From: Eledone cirrhosa
Taxonomy: Eukaryota
Direction: 5' to 3'
Length of the DNA stretch: 64,000 nucleotides
Assembly: GCA_964016885.1 (NCBI GenBank)
Contig: OZ024742.1
Coordinates: 6,076,001-6,140,000 of the forward strand
In this document: positions 10,960-24,719 of the stretch, piece by piece
Layout of the letters: every line of letters starts with the position of its first letter
How positions within the stretch are numbered: the first letter of the stretch is position 1
Program-made: the position numbers and the translations under genes
The notes under the pieces: model-generated
Database searches by the model: none
What the model saw: only the letters and a program-made list of their open reading frames with translations
What the model was told of the DNA's origin: nothing

Positions 10960-13900
10960 CAATTCAATGATGTTCCAGAACAATATAAAAGAGATAATTG
11001 GCAATTTAGGTTCTGGAACAAAAAAGATCATTGGCAATAAGGACAGGGGCCCCAGGTTATCACAGCCTGGGCCCGCTCGTCATCGTGCCATTGTAATAGA
11101 GCCAAACAAGGCATTTAGTCTTGGCTGCTGGAACTACGGACGCTGCTTGACAGGGATTCCTTGGAGCGTCCTGAACGAAGGACCGCTCTTGTTGCAAAGG
11201 AGCTTCGACGTTACGATCTTGACATCGTGGCTTTATCTGAGACGAGGTTAGCTGGAGATTGTCATCTTACGGAATTTTGTGAAGAATATACATTCTTCTG
11301 GAAAGGAAGAGATGAAGGAACCAGAAGAGAGGCTGGGGTAGGATTTGCTGTTAAGACTGTACTTGTGAACAAATTAGAAGAATTCCCAGTAGGGATTAGT
11401 GAGCGTCTTATGTCCATGAGAGTTCCGCTGGACAAGGGAAGATATGCTACCCAGGTGAGTGTGTATGCTCCTACTATGAGTTCTGTCGATGAGGAAAAGG
11501 TGTCCTTTTACCATGCCTTGAATGGTGTTTTAAGAAATATCCCTCAGGCAGACAAAGTCATCGTGCTTGGTGACTTTAATGCTAGAGTGGGTAGGGATTT
11601 TAACACATGAAATGTAATCGGAAGGCATGGGGTGGGAAAGTGTAATAGCAATGGTATGCTCCTGCTGCAGATGTGTGAGGAGCTGGATCTGTGTGTTACC
11701 AACACCATGTTCCAACAAAAGAACAAATTCAAGACCACATGGATGCATCTTGCATCTAAGGAATGGTATCTTTTGGACTACGTCCTAGTCAGGATGCGTG
11801 ACAGACAAGATGTGCAGTGTGTTCGTGTTCTTCGTGGAGCTGAGAGCTGGACGGACCACCGCCTGGTACGCGCAAAAGTGAAACTAATCACTAAACGAAA
11901 AATCCGGGCTCCTGGTGTTGCCCTGCCCAAAAGATTGAATGCTGCTTGTCTTAAGGATAAAAATGTGAAGAGGACATTGGAAGAAGAGATGCAGGCTGCA
12001 GAACTTGGTGAGGATTGGCCGACCCTTAAAAAGTCGGTTTATGATGTAGGCAGGCGTGTTCTGGGATTGGCGCAGAGGAAACATCAGGACTGGTTTAATG
12101 AGAATGATGTACATATAGAAGACTTGTTGGCTGATAAGAGGCGTGCTCTGTCACGCTACTTGACGGCAAAACCACAGGAGAGGAATACGTTGCATGAGGA
12201 GCTCAGGGATGTAAAATCACGTGTTAGGCGGAGTCTTTCTCAGATGAAGGATCAGTGGTGGAGTGAGAAGGCTGGTGAGATACAAACTGCGTCTGATTCC
12301 AATAACACAAAGCTGTTGTACAGTCTCTTGCGTGAGGTTTATGGACCGTCTTCTTCTCTGGTGACACTGCTTCGCAGCAAGGATGACAAAGAACTTCTTC
12401 GTGACTCACAAGGAATTCTACGAAGGTGGCGAGAGCACTTTGATGATCTTTTGAATCAGCCGTCTGTCGTCAGTGAAGATTTCCTCAATCTCATTCCAGA
12501 AAGTCCTGTGAAAGTAGCTCTCGCAGAACCTCTGACGCTTGTGGAGGTTGCAGTGGCTATTTCGAAGCTGAACAGTGGAAGATCTCCAGGTATGGATGGC
12601 ATACATGCTGAGCTCCTACAATATGGTGGTGAGAGACTCCTGCAACATCTTCACTCTTTGTTTGGCAGGATATGGGCTAATGAATCCGTGCCTGAGGACT
12701 GGAGAGATGCAGTAATGGTGGTCTTGTACAAGGGAAAGGGTAACAGGAACGATTGTGGGAACTACAGAGGTATATCATTGCTTTCTGTCGTAGGGAAAGT
12801 TTTATGTAGGGTGCTTCTGGACCGTCTGCTGACACACATTGCAGATTGTGTTCTTCCTGAAAGTCAATCTGGTTTTCGTGCTGGACGCGGCACTACTGAT
12901 ATGATCTTCTCAGCTAGACAGCTCCAGGAGAAGTGCATGGAACAAGGCTTGGAACTGTATCAGGTTTTTGTCGATCTGACAAAAGCTTTCGATACTGTTA
13001 ACAGAGATGCATTATGGAAGGTTCTTCAGAAACTTGGTTGCCCTGATAAGTTCCTTGCTTTAGTTAGCTCTTTCCATGACGACATGAAGGCTTGGGTTAA
13101 TGTCGGGGGTAACATGTCGGAGCCTATCTCAGTAAAAAATGGAGTGAAACAGGGGGATATTCCAGCACCGACCCTGTTTGCCATATACTTTGCAATGGTT
13201 TTCTGTATTGCATTCAGGAATTGCGAGCATGGTGTTTACATCCGATATCGAACCTCAGGCAGCATATTTAACATCAGGCGCTTTGCTGCGAAGACAAAAG
13301 TATTTACATCAATCATAAGAGACCTCTTGTATGCAGATGATTGCGATCTTGTAGCGCACACAGAGAGTGATATGCAGCACATTTTGAATGCATTTTCTGA
13401 CGCTTGCACTGCCCTAGGTCTGACTGTCAGTCTCAAGAAAACCGTCGTCATGTACCAACCTGCCCCTGGTAAGCAGTACACTGAACTAAACATCTATGTG
13501 TATGGCAAACGACTTAGAGTGGTTGATCAGTTTGTCTACCTGGGAAGCACTGTCAATCGATACAGCAACCTTGACAGTGAAATCTCACTTAGGATTAGGA
13601 AAGCAAGTGATGCTTTCGGAAAGCTAGAAAGGCGACTCTGGGGTCGGCGAGATATATGCAGGAGGACAAATGTAAAGGTGTACAGGGCATGTGTGCTCTC
13701 TTGTCTTCTTTATGCCTGCGAGACCTGGGTCACATATCGACACCACCTTAAGCAATTGGAGCGTTTCCATCAGATGTGTCTCAGACGGATCCATGGCGTT
13801 CACTGGAGGGACCACAACAGTGATGTCGAGATTTTGGAAAGCTCTATGTGTGACAGTATAGAAGCTCTTGTGCTTAAGCAACGACTCCGTTGGAGTGGTC

Positions 13901-14520
13901 ACCTTGCCAGGATGAAGGATTCTAGAATACTAAAACAACTTTTTTATGGAGAGTTGGTTAAAGGAAAACGACCGCCACATAAACCAAAAAAGAGGTATAA
14001 GGATTCCTTGAAAGCCTCTCTGAAAGACGCTAACATCTCTGCTGATACATGGGAGAATATTGCTGCTGATCGTAATAAATGGAGAAAGACTGTATATGAA
14101 GGAAAAGTTGCCTTTGAGGCATCTCGAATCGCATACGAGAAAGTAAAGCGAGATGTGAGGAAGGGCATTGCTGTTGCACTTCCAGACGGCGAGGGTCCTC
14201 CTATGGTGCTGACATGCAGCGTCTGTGCGAGACTCTGCCTAAGCAAAGCTGGATTCGAAAGTCATCTTCGCAGTCATAAAGTAAGACCAGTGGTTGACTA
14301 CCAGGCTGCTGTTGGAGATGCTACTCATCATGCTTGCCAAACATGTGGTAGAGAATGTAAATCAGCAGGAGGGCTCAAGCGACATGCAAAAGTACACGAA
14401 CTCCAACCACAGCCAACTATTCCCAGTAAATGTTTTGGTTGCCGACTCTGTGCAAGACATTTTAGATCATTGGCTGGGCTAAAAAGCCACATTCGATCGC
14501 AGCGCTGTTAGTTGCTATCG
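10960..14520 (+). mobile_element. Near full-length RTE-clade LINE
   Basis: Single APE+RT frame: GCWN.RTL, VALSETR, GVGFAV, VYAPT, LGDFNARVG, TDHRLV, QSGFRAGRGT, GVKQG, LYADD, RLRWSGH. Ends in a (TG)n tail. The 5' boundary is approximate. Confidence 0.92.
11120..14511 (+). pseudogene. RTE APE-RT-3xC2H2 polyprotein with one frameshift (~11134) and one in-frame TGA (11608-11610)
   Basis: ORFs 11161-11610 and 11632-14511 share a frame. C-terminal CSVC..H..H, CQTC..H..H and CRLC..H motifs. Confidence 0.88.
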
Positions 14521-14858
14521 TGTGTGTGTGTGTGTGTGTAGATATGCTTATGTGTGTGCGTGTGTGTGTATATATATATGTATATGTATATTATTATTGT
14601 TGTTGTCGTTATTATTATTGTTGTTATTATTATTATTATTATGTGTGAAGACAGACAAGTCTGCGGGAAAAAGGTTCGTAGCTTTAAGCTGTTTTAAAGT
14701 GTCTTTTTTTTTGTATTTTCTTGTCATTAACGAAACTTAAGGTACACATCTTGATTTAAAGAGAGGGATACCTCTCAATATTCGGGCTTTAAGCCCGAAT
14801 ATTCAGATTTATTTTTTAAAAACTTCGAAAAAAATCGCTTCCCCACCAAAAGAAAATT

Positions 14859-16833
14859 ATGGAAATTTTCGACCTTGAAACGGTAAACAACGTTCAGGTC
14901 AAAAGTTTAAAGGCAGCCACTGTAGATTTCACCACCACGACTACGACGGCTACAGTCATGCCTGTCATCCACTCTACTGAATGTGAAGGCAAAACTAAAA
15001 AGCTACCATCACAACCTTCTGCCATAGCAGCAGTATCATCTGAAAACGACATCACCACCACCACCACCACCACCACAACAACAACTCAGAGCAATAACGA
15101 CAATAACTCCGACAGCTTCAATGTAAATAAGGATGGCGGTGGCAACAGCAAGAATGACAACAACAATAAGAGCATCAGAAACACCACATTTGCTGCAGCA
15201 GCAGCAAAAACAAAGTGCTTATTGAATATTGATATTGATATTAGCGATAAAGACGAACAGTTGGCCAAAGCGTGGGGGCTAATTAAACGGGAGAAGTCCT
15301 GGGCAAACCTGACCATCCCGGACGAGGCAATAGCGGCCATGCAAAGGAGGACGGTGCTCTTTCGATGTATTTCGGTGCAGACACGAAAAGTGGAACTTGC
15401 GAGCCAAGCAGAGGTAGAGGCTGCTTTGGAGTACATCGGAAGTAACATAGAGTACAAAGCAAGAGGCAAACAGTTCGGTACCATCTCGGTACTGTTCAAA
15501 ACCGAGGCCCTCGCTATTAAGCACTCGGTGACCCCCTGCAGAACGGAACGCATTATCATGCATCCGTCCTATATGGGTATAAGGACAATGAAGGTACGCA
15601 TTCCCAGCATCCCACCAGGAATGAACATATGGTGGCTGCTGGGATGCGTAATCGAGGAGGGGACAGACACCACCCTCCTGGACATCAAAAGGACAGAGAG
15701 AGAGGACTGGTCCGGAATGGATTTGGAGATTCTTCGCCAAATGAAACCGGAAGACATGAATAACATCCCAGATTTTGCCCGCTTGCAGGACGGGACAACA
15801 ATCCAACTAATGATTGACGGAAGAAGGCCACGCTGCTTCGTTTGCGGGGAAACAACGCATCTTCAAGCCTTCTGCCCTCAGCGCAAAAATGCAGGGGGTC
15901 GCAAACCTCCTTTGTTGCCAACGCCAGTGTCAGCACGGAAAGCTGCACCACCACCACCACCACCACCAAAAACAACATCAACAAAAACACGGACACCAAC
16001 ATCAAAAGCAGCCGGATCACCACCAACACCAAAACCAATCCAAGGAGAAAACGAGGAAATCTCTCCCACTCCCCCTACCCCCCCCCCCCCAATTATACAC
16101 ACAGACAAAAAAAAATAAACGCACACACAGACACAGAGACACTCACAGACACAGACCCTTTGTCTTCCAGCAGCGAAGATGAAGGCAAACCCAAAAGTGC
16201 AAAAAAACAGAGAAAACTCACAAAAAAAAGCCCCAACAAAACACAAAAACACACACAACAAAAAATACAGACACCACTAACGCAAACACTTCCCCAATAA
16301 CATCAGTACCATCAGCAACATCGACACCACCTCCACAATCCCCGAAACGCAAACAACCTAAACAAACACAAGTACAAATAAACACACAGATACCTGAAAT
16401 TGCAGACACCACACCTACAACAAACATAGACATACGCGAAACAACACCACCAAAACCATCGCCACCACCTTCACCAAAACGAAAACAAATAAAACCACAC
16501 CAACAAAATGTTAAAAACTTCGTGCTTGTCAGAAGGGCCAACGATAAACTGATGGCCCTCTTAGCGCGAAGCGAGGACATTCAAACAGAGGGGGAGATTT
16601 TTGAAATGAGCACATTTTGCGTGCCAGAAGATTTGCTTCTGGTCCGAATGTCACTCAATTCCTTCAAAGAAATTCGAGAGAGCTTTCCTCAAGACATGGG
16701 AAACCCGAATGTGAAACCCACATCAAGACTTTTAAAGGGGTTCCCAAAAGAAACCCCACTAACCATGGAGGTCGAACCACCCGACCTTCACAAGACCCGG
16801 GAGGTAAGTAAACCTTCCCTATCTCTCTCTTAG
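14859..16833 (+). pseudogene. Tx1 ORF1 (gag-like zinc knuckle CFVCGETTHLQAFC; frameshifted low-complexity C-terminal half)
   Basis: ORF 14859-16118 plus the downstream frame to 16833. Homologous to the ORF1 at ~35035. Confidence 0.8.
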
Positions 16834-16842
16834 CTTACCAAT

Positions 16843-19800
16843 ATGGCCATATTAAGAGTAGGAAGTTTAAATGTTCGCGGCCTGGGGTCACCCTGGAAGC
16901 AGGGTCGCCTGCTCAACGACCTCCGGTCGCTGGAAATGGATGTGATTGCCGTAAGCGAGACCAGAATTTCCGACACGCGCGCACTAGCCCCCATTTTCGA
17001 CGACTATCAGATCTTCGCATCTGTTAGCAGGCCGGAAATGGGGGTGGGGTGGCAGTGCTGTTTAGGAAAGGACTGGATCTCGAGGTAAGGTCGATCTTCC
17101 GGGACCCGGACGGTAAGTTGGTGGTCTTGGATGTGAGCAGTAGCGAAGGTGGTGCCTTTAGACTGCTGGCCGTCTACACCCCTACAGGGGCCGGACGACC
17201 TGACTTCTTTAGGCGCCTGGAGACGTTTCTGGGTACGTCTCGCCCTTTACTGTTAGCGGGGGACTGGAATGGCATCTTAGACGCACGCTGGGATTGTGTG
17301 GGAGTAGCCGATAGGAGCGGGGGGTGAAAAAGCCTCAAGCACCTACTCAGCCAGTTCCAACTGTCTGACAGGTATTGACTAGATTTCCCCAATGTGCCAG
17401 TATGGACATGGACCAACCGAATGGGGTCATCTAGATCGTATATAGACAGAATCTTCATTAGGAAAATAAATAGAAATAGTGTGGGCTGTCCACTTTTTAA
17501 AACGGTCGCCTATTCAGATCACAAATTTGTGATCTGTACGGTCGACCTAAATAAAACGCGTAGGTTAGGACCGGGTTACTGGAAGCTGAACATGTCATTT
17601 CCGGCACGTAAGGCTTACAGGGACCGAGTCAACAAGTTAGTTAAGCAAAAGTTGACAGGGGGGATCATCAACAACAGATGGTGAGGGGGCTCTCAAAAGA
17701 GAGATTAGAGTAACTTCGATAGAGTTCAGCAAAGAACTAGCGTTAGAGAAAAATAGAAAGGAGGGGGAGCTGGTAGATAAGTTAGACGAGGCTATTTGTA
17801 GTGGCATCGCAACTGACGTGCTAGTGGCGAGAATGGCATTAGACCATTTCTTCAATGCGAAACACGAAGGTTGCATTGTCAGAGCTAAGGCGCGTGCGCT
17901 GAGAAACGAGGGAACCAAAGCTGTTCGATGGGCCCGCGTGGCGGAGGCGCACCGTGGTAATAAAACCACAATTCGGTCTTTGGTGGACCCAGATGGACAC
18001 GAGATAAGCGATTCCAAGAGGATGTGTGAGGCATTTCGCCAGCACTTTGCTCGGTTGTTCAGGGAGAGTGGCGAGTCAGAGAGAGTAGCGGATTTCAGTC
18101 CCTATCTTGACGGCTTGCCGCGCATCTCGACGGTCGACGCTGAGCGCTGTGAAAGGCCGATTACTTCAGCCGAAATTCAGGACGCCCTTGTCGGCTGCAT
18201 GAGGTGCAAGTCACCCGGTTTGGATGACCTGCCCTACGAGCTTTACGTAAATATGCCAGACTTGTTCTCCGAACTCCTCGGAGCACTCTACTGCAACTGG
18301 CAGCAGAATGGGAGTATTCCCAGTTCTGTGAGCAGGGGAGTGGTGACGCTGAGAAGGAAGGACGAGAACAAGAGGGATACATTAGACAACTTCAGGCCCA
18401 TAACTCTGCTCAACACAGAGTTTAAGATTTTGGCCAAGGTGTTAGCAAAGAGATTGGCGCTTGTCGTCGAGGATTTGGTTGGGGAGGCGCAAATTTGCGC
18501 AATCCCAGCCAGGTCCATACACGACAATCTCCACCTCATGCGATACATCATAGAGAGGGTATGGTGTAAACCTGGCTTCGGTGGGTCACTGATCAATTTA
18601 GATCAATCGAAAGCATTCGATAGGGTCGACCATCGGTATCTGGAGTTTGTCCTCAAAGCAGCTGGCTTCGGCCCTGTCTTTAGAAGCTGGATCGTTGCAA
18701 TGCACAGCGGCACACGCTCGGTGGTCAAGGTTAATGGCCACCTCTCGGAACCATTTCGGCTCTCCCGATCGGTCCGTCAAGGGTGCCCTCTCTCTTCCCT
18801 TCTGTACGTATTGACTCTCGAGCCTTTACTGCGGAAGCTGGAGCTGTTGCAGGGTATCCCGCTCGAACCGGGACGTGGAAAGGCGGTGTCGGCTTATGCG
18901 GACGACATCACCGTGATGGTGTCGAACACCTCAGAATTCGAGGTGGTCGGCACCTTATTGAAGGAATATGAAAGATTGACAGGAGCCAAACTTAACCCGG
19001 AAAAGTCGGTGGTCTTGCAGCTCGGAACCTGGAGAGGCAAGCCTATGCCGTCCAACAGCATCGTGGGGCGCTGGACGGACGGACCAGTAAAGTTGCTCGG
19101 GGTTTGGTTTGGACCAGACCTCCAGGTAGAAAAGAATTGGGACGACGTAACGAGCAGAGTAGCCAGTCTCACCCAAAAATGGGCTGGGAGGAAGCTATCA
19201 CTGAAAGGTCGCGCGGAGGTGGCGAATGCGTACATCGCGTCCGTCATCTACTACCGCCTGACCGTCGTGCCTTGCCCCCGTCCGCGCCTCGTCAAGTTGG
19301 AACGGCTCCTCTTCAAATTCTTGTGGAGGGGACAGGTTCCGTTGGTGAGGCGGTCCATCTGCTGCCAGCACCCTCTACGCGGAGGGCTGGGCATGCCTTG
19401 GCTAATGATGCGCAGACATGCGTTGAGGCTGCGACATCTCCAGATATTCTGCCTCAATGGTGAACAGGTGTGGTCGCCGTTTATCAGACGGGCCTTTCCG
19501 CAGCTCATTTCTTTGACTGAGCTGCAGTCCTGGGTCAAGAAGAGACCGAGACTGGGTGACTGGCACCTGGAATGTTGCCAGGCACTCACTGCCCTCTACC
19601 AAGCGGGCAATGCGATCAGTGGAACTTCCACTCTCGAGTTCTATAGAGGATTAGTGGTGGGCAAGTGCGATGACGCACTCGGAGAAGCTTTGGGCCTCGA
19701 CGAAGTCGAACTAACCAGTCTGTACCGGAGGACTTTTGAGCCGGGGACGATGGACACTTTCCAGAAATCCCTCGCTTGGCAGTGCTACCGGGGGGCACTG

Positions 19801-20277
19801 CCGGTTCGGGATAAACTCTACAGGCACGGAAGTGCTGTCAGACGGACCTGCCCAAGATGCGCACAGAACGACGAAACCGTTCTGCACGAACTTGTCCAAT
19901 GTCCGTGCATTACTGACTTGTGGAGTTATGTCGAACAGCTACTTTCGCGTGTGGAACGAATCAGGCTATCGGCCGAGTCCATAGTGAAGATCGAGCCGCC
20001 ACCTTCCTTAGGTCAGGAAGAGGAGGACATTTTCCTCTGTCTGGTGGCAGTTGCGAAAGAGATTATATGGTGGACCAGGTTGAAAGGACTAAAGACAGAC
20101 ACTTTTCTCTTCGGCCAATCCCTCATCAACTTCTTCAAGTTTCACCTGGAAAGGAGGGTGAGGATGGAGAGAGAAGTGCTGCCCCCCCCCCCCCCCCCCA
20201 GTACATTTGCTAAAAGGTGGGTGAATGTGGCGAGAATGGCTCGTGGGAATGGGCCTACTCTGACCATGCGTCTATAG
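16843..20277 (+). pseudogene. Tx1 ORF2 (APE, RT, C-terminal Cys finger) with frameshifts and stops in the APE half
   Basis: SLNVRGL, VSETR, SDHK, NFRPITLLN, DQSKAFDRV, SVRQGCPLS, AYADD, GGLG, CPRC..ETV.H..VQC. The 819-aa RT portion is open. Confidence 0.92.
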
Positions 20278-20941
20278 GCTGGCTAACTTGAGGAGAGGGG
20301 TGCTCTCCTGGGTGCCCTAGAAGCGCAGGGTGGTTCAGGATTGGTGGGGTACTCGAATCACCCCAGGGTCGTCCACCCCCTATCGGGGAATTTATTTTGT
20401 TATATTTTGCATAGTTTATTTTATATTTTATATTCTCATTGTTAAATTAGTCTTGCCATTGTGCACTTTTACTCGACCTTATTGTAAACTCCCCACTGTC
20501 CCTGTCTTTGTATTGTCCCCTACATGTCGGCCCTTGTGGCTAATAAATGAAATCATTATTATTATTATTATTGTTATTAATGTATGTGTGTGTGTATATG
20601 TGTGTGTGAGTATGTGTGTGTGTGTATATATGTATGTATATGTATATATATGTATATATATATATTTCTTTTTTTTTTATTCTTATTTTCTTTTTATTTA
20701 TTTATTTATTATTATTATTATTATTTTTTTTTTTTTTTCTTTTCTTTCTCCTCGCGCAATGGCCATACTCGATAACGAGGGGGCATCCATCATGAATGTA
20801 TGTATGTAGATATATAGGTATGTATTCTTTTATGAGTTTGTTTGAAACAGCAATGTGTATGTACGTGCGTGTGTGTAAATGTGTGCTGTATGTGTGCATG
20901 TTTATATGTATGAACCTATATATGTGTGTTTATATAAATAC

Positions 20942-21031
<90 letters not shown>

Positions 21032-21430
21032 CTGTATGTACATGTGTGAGGTGTGAATGAAAGAGCGAGAAAGTGAGTGAAAGAGGAAGCTAAATAGAGA
21101 GAGAGAGAGAGAATGTGCGTGTGTGTGAGTGCTTGTGTGAGAGAGAGATAGACAGATAGATAGAGAGAGAGATAGATAGATAGAGAGAGAGAGAGAGATT
21201 TTATAGGAATTTATCTGTAGAAAGCAGTTAACTTATAAAAGCAGCGAGGTTCACTATTTCCCAACCTTTGGAGAAAATGGAAGAAATAAAAAAAAGTTGT
21301 AGAAAAAAACTGCGAGATTTCCACCATTTTGAATGGCGCCGTTGCTGTATTTTGTGGAAAACTCTATATTTTGTTAACTTTGATACACATTTTCTGACTT
21401 TATTGTTTTATATTGTTTTGTATTTGTTTT

Positions 21431-21642
21431 CCAGTTGTTGTTGTTGTTATTGTTGTTTTGTTGTTGTTGTCATGTTGTTGTTGTTGTTGCTGTTGTTGTT
21501 GTTGTCATGTTGTTGTTGTCATGTTGCTGTTGTTGTTGTTATAGTTGTTGTTGTCATGTTGTTGTTGTCATGTTGCTGTGGTTGTTGCTGTTGTTGTTAT
21601 AGTTGTTGTTGTTGTTATAGTTGTTGTTGCTGCTGTTGTTGC

Positions 21643-21691
<49 letters not shown>

Positions 21692-21770
21692 ATTGTTGTT
21701 GTTATTATTATTGCTGTTTTTTGTGTCGTTATTATTATTGCTGTTGTTGTTGTTGTTGTTGTTGTTATTG
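21431..21770. repeat. Degenerate (TTG)n microsatellite
   Basis: Directly visible in the sequence. Confidence 0.9.
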
Positions 21771-22033
21771 CGAAGGTGACATTATTTTGTTTTTAGTTGG
21801 TTCGTCAATTGAAAGGTAGCGCAGGGTGGTGGGGAGAGAAATATGTGGCGATATTGGGAAGGCTGCTATAAATAAATGAATATATACACCCTGTCTATAT
21901 ACACAAATGTTGAGCGGAACTGTTGCAGTGACTTGTATATACACCTACGGAAGGATGAAATGGGAACATAGGAACACACAAGTGTGTATACAGACTGTAA
22001 TTGTATGTATGAATGTATGTATGTAGGTGGACG

Positions 22034-22073
<40 letters not shown>

Positions 22074-22149
22074 TATCTGTGTATGTGTGTGTATGTGTCT
22101 GTCTGTATGTGAATGTATGTATATATACATGCATGTATGTATATGTTTG

Positions 22150-24560
22150 TGTTCTCATAAAATGCGGAGGATTGTACCGTGATGATGGGCTCCTTACCCT
22201 TAAAGGGTACAACCCCAGTAGTACAGACCGGGTCCGTAAACAATTAATCAGCTTCTTTCGCGACTGGGGATTTAAAATAACCCTACAAACGTCCCTAACC
22301 GGAGTTAACTTCCTGGACGTTACCCTTGACCTCGATAATGACCTGTACTACCCATACAGGAAACCCAACGACAACCTGAACTACATCCACCGCCGGTCAA
22401 ACCATCCTAGAAACATCACCAATAACCTGGTTATAAACATCTCCCACCGCATATCTCGTTTGTCCGCTAATGAGCAGATATTCGAGGAACATGCGCCTTA
22501 TTACAACCAGGCCCTCAAGCGGAGTGGCTTCCGGGAGGAAATACCCTACTGTCCAGCAGGCGACACCGCCGCTCACGCAACGTAACATGGTTCAATCCTC
22601 CCCACAACGCCGAGGTGACAACACCTATCGGGAAAATCTTCTTTAGGCTCATCGAAAAACACTTCTCACTACAACACCGCTACCACAACATAATTAACGA
22701 AAATACCATTAAACTCTCCTACAGCACCACACCAAACTTTGCACAAAACATCGTCTCCTCTAACAACAAAAAACTCAACCCCTATGGAAGAAATAACCTA
22801 GATAGCAGTGGAGAGCCGACCAGGAGGTGCAACTGTCCTGATGGATCCATTTGCCCCCTCGACAACAGATGCAGAGATCATAATGTGATCTACCAGTGCA
22901 ACGTGAGGACGGACACCTCCAACAAAGCTTATATAGGATTAACCGCATGTGACTTCAAAAACCGGCTATACCAACACAGACACATTTTCCGAAATCCGGC
23001 CCGACGTCACCTCACCACACTTTCGGGCCATATCTGGGACCTCAAAGATAACAATATAACCTATGATCTCACTTGGAGCTTACTGTCCAGAGCCAACTCT
23101 TACACAGGAGGACGCCGTCCGTGCAATTTAGGCTAGGAGGAAACATTACAAATACTGTTTTCGACAGACCAACTCCTAAACAAGAAAGACGAACTGGTAA
23201 CTGCATGCAAACACAGATTGCGTAGGACTTACCTTGCCCTCAAACCCCATAATGACCCGGGGGGGGGGGGGGTAGACAAGGGCTGTAACACCCCACTTGC
23301 CGACTTTGTAATGGGTAACCCCTGCTTGCAAAGGTAGACGTAAGATTTTCTTATATATCTTTTTATCGTTTCTTCTATATTTCCTTCTTCCCCCATCCCT
23401 TCCTAGTCCTTCCACCACAGTTCTCCTTCTTTGTCGTCGTCCTTTTCACTTTCTCGCCCACCCCGAGGCAGCCCTTCGGTCCTTTGTAGCCTCAGTACCC
23501 CCACCACCATCCCCTATTCTATGATAGAATTGGCCAACTCCACTTTTTATAGCAGATGTGATAGACCCCAGATAATTGCTTTCTTATCTGATGGCTGCCC
23601 CATTTCCGTGCTTTCTAGATTACTTAGTGGTATCTCTGCTTTAGTTTCTCGTATATCAGCATTTTTTTTGGGGGGGGGGGGGGGGGGAATCTGAATTAAT
23701 ATTTTTCGTATCAAATTTTTCATATATATCGTACGAGCATTTATGTAGTTTGTATTAGAATTTTTGTATCGTAGCAGCACTTTGTATTAGTATTCATTTT
23801 CGGGATTCTGAATTATTATTTCGTATTAGTTTCGGTACTCTGAATTATTATTTCGTAGTAGTTTCTTTAGTATTTTGGCCCCCTACTTGTTGACCTGTCA
23901 CTGTAAGATAGATTTGGATGATTACTACTAACTCATAAAATTCTTTCACTACAATCTCGTATTTAGTATTCCGTCCCACCTATTAAACTTTTCTGTAGTT
24001 TGGCAGTACCAGTGAGAGACTTGATGATTGTGGTGAGGGAATAGTAACCAGAAATTTTTTTTTTTTTAAATATTTTTAACATTCTTATTATTCTTCTATA
24101 TATTTACTCCATATTGATTTACTTATTGTTTCGACTTCCTCCCCCTCCCCCTCCCTAGTATACTTTCTCAACCTCTTATCCTTAGAATCCTGCTGTAGTC
24201 GGCACTATCAACGCACGACTGGGTTTCCTCCGCTCCCTCTCCCTCTTTCTTCTACTGGCAAGTTCAGCTACCCCTTCTTTCCACAAAATGCCTTGATAGA
24301 ATTATGTGTCTCAACAACAAACTTTTGACCAATCCTTGTGACAATCACTTTTACCATATATGGAATTATCCCCTGAGAAGCTCGGCTATTCATGTACCAG
24401 GATAAACATTTTCATTTAGTCCAGAATTAGCCGTCGAAACGGCTTGAGCTCAGCCGTCGGGGTCCTACTCGTTCCTATTACCCACTCTACTAACCTAAGT
24501 ATTGAGTACTTTGGTGCGTTATGGTCCATCTGGTTCCTTACCACATTTCCTTCGTTATAT
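22150..24560 (+). mobile_element. 5'-truncated Penelope-like element, Naiad-like clade
   Basis: GLYRDDGL, VNFLDVTLDL, PYRKPND..YIH..SNHP, (frameshift ~22555) TWFNPP, IKLSYS, CNC..CPLDNRC, VIYQC..YIGLT..FKNR, CNL.*EE..LNKKDEL..CKHR. Long 3' region ending in an HHR. Confidence 0.88.
24368..24464 (+). ncRNA. Hammerhead ribozyme at the PLE 3' end (core one base off consensus)
   Basis: atccc-CTGAGAA-gct-cggcta...tagccg-tc-GAAA-cggct-tgagctc-agccg-TC-ggggt. Confidence 0.65.
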
Positions 24561-24576
24561 ATATAATATCTAAATA

Positions 24577-24704
<128 letters not shown>

Positions 24705-24719
24705 AAAACATCTATATAT

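Larger units (their letters stand above)
14641..20554 (+). mobile_element. Full-length but disrupted Tx1/L1-clade LINE
   Basis: 5' UTR, ORF1 with a CCHC knuckle, ORF2 APE-RT-Zn, and a 3' UTR ending AATAAA + (ATT)n. Preceded by (TTA)n. Confidence 0.93.

Noticed and set aside
10853-11021. N-terminal poly-N/poly-K extension of the 711-aa ORF
   Set aside because: It is read-through into flanking microsatellite beyond the truncation point, not part of the element.
10960-11080. Ribozyme in the RTE 5' region
   Set aside because: Two hairpins are visible (TGTTCCAGAAC/GTTCTGGAACA; GGGCCC..GGGCCC) but there is no recognisable catalytic core.
22150-23230. Selenoprotein-type Naiad (in-frame UGA at Cys positions)
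   Set aside because: The visible Cys codons are TGT/TGC and the internal stop at 23134 is TAG. No UGA-Sec evidence in this fragment.
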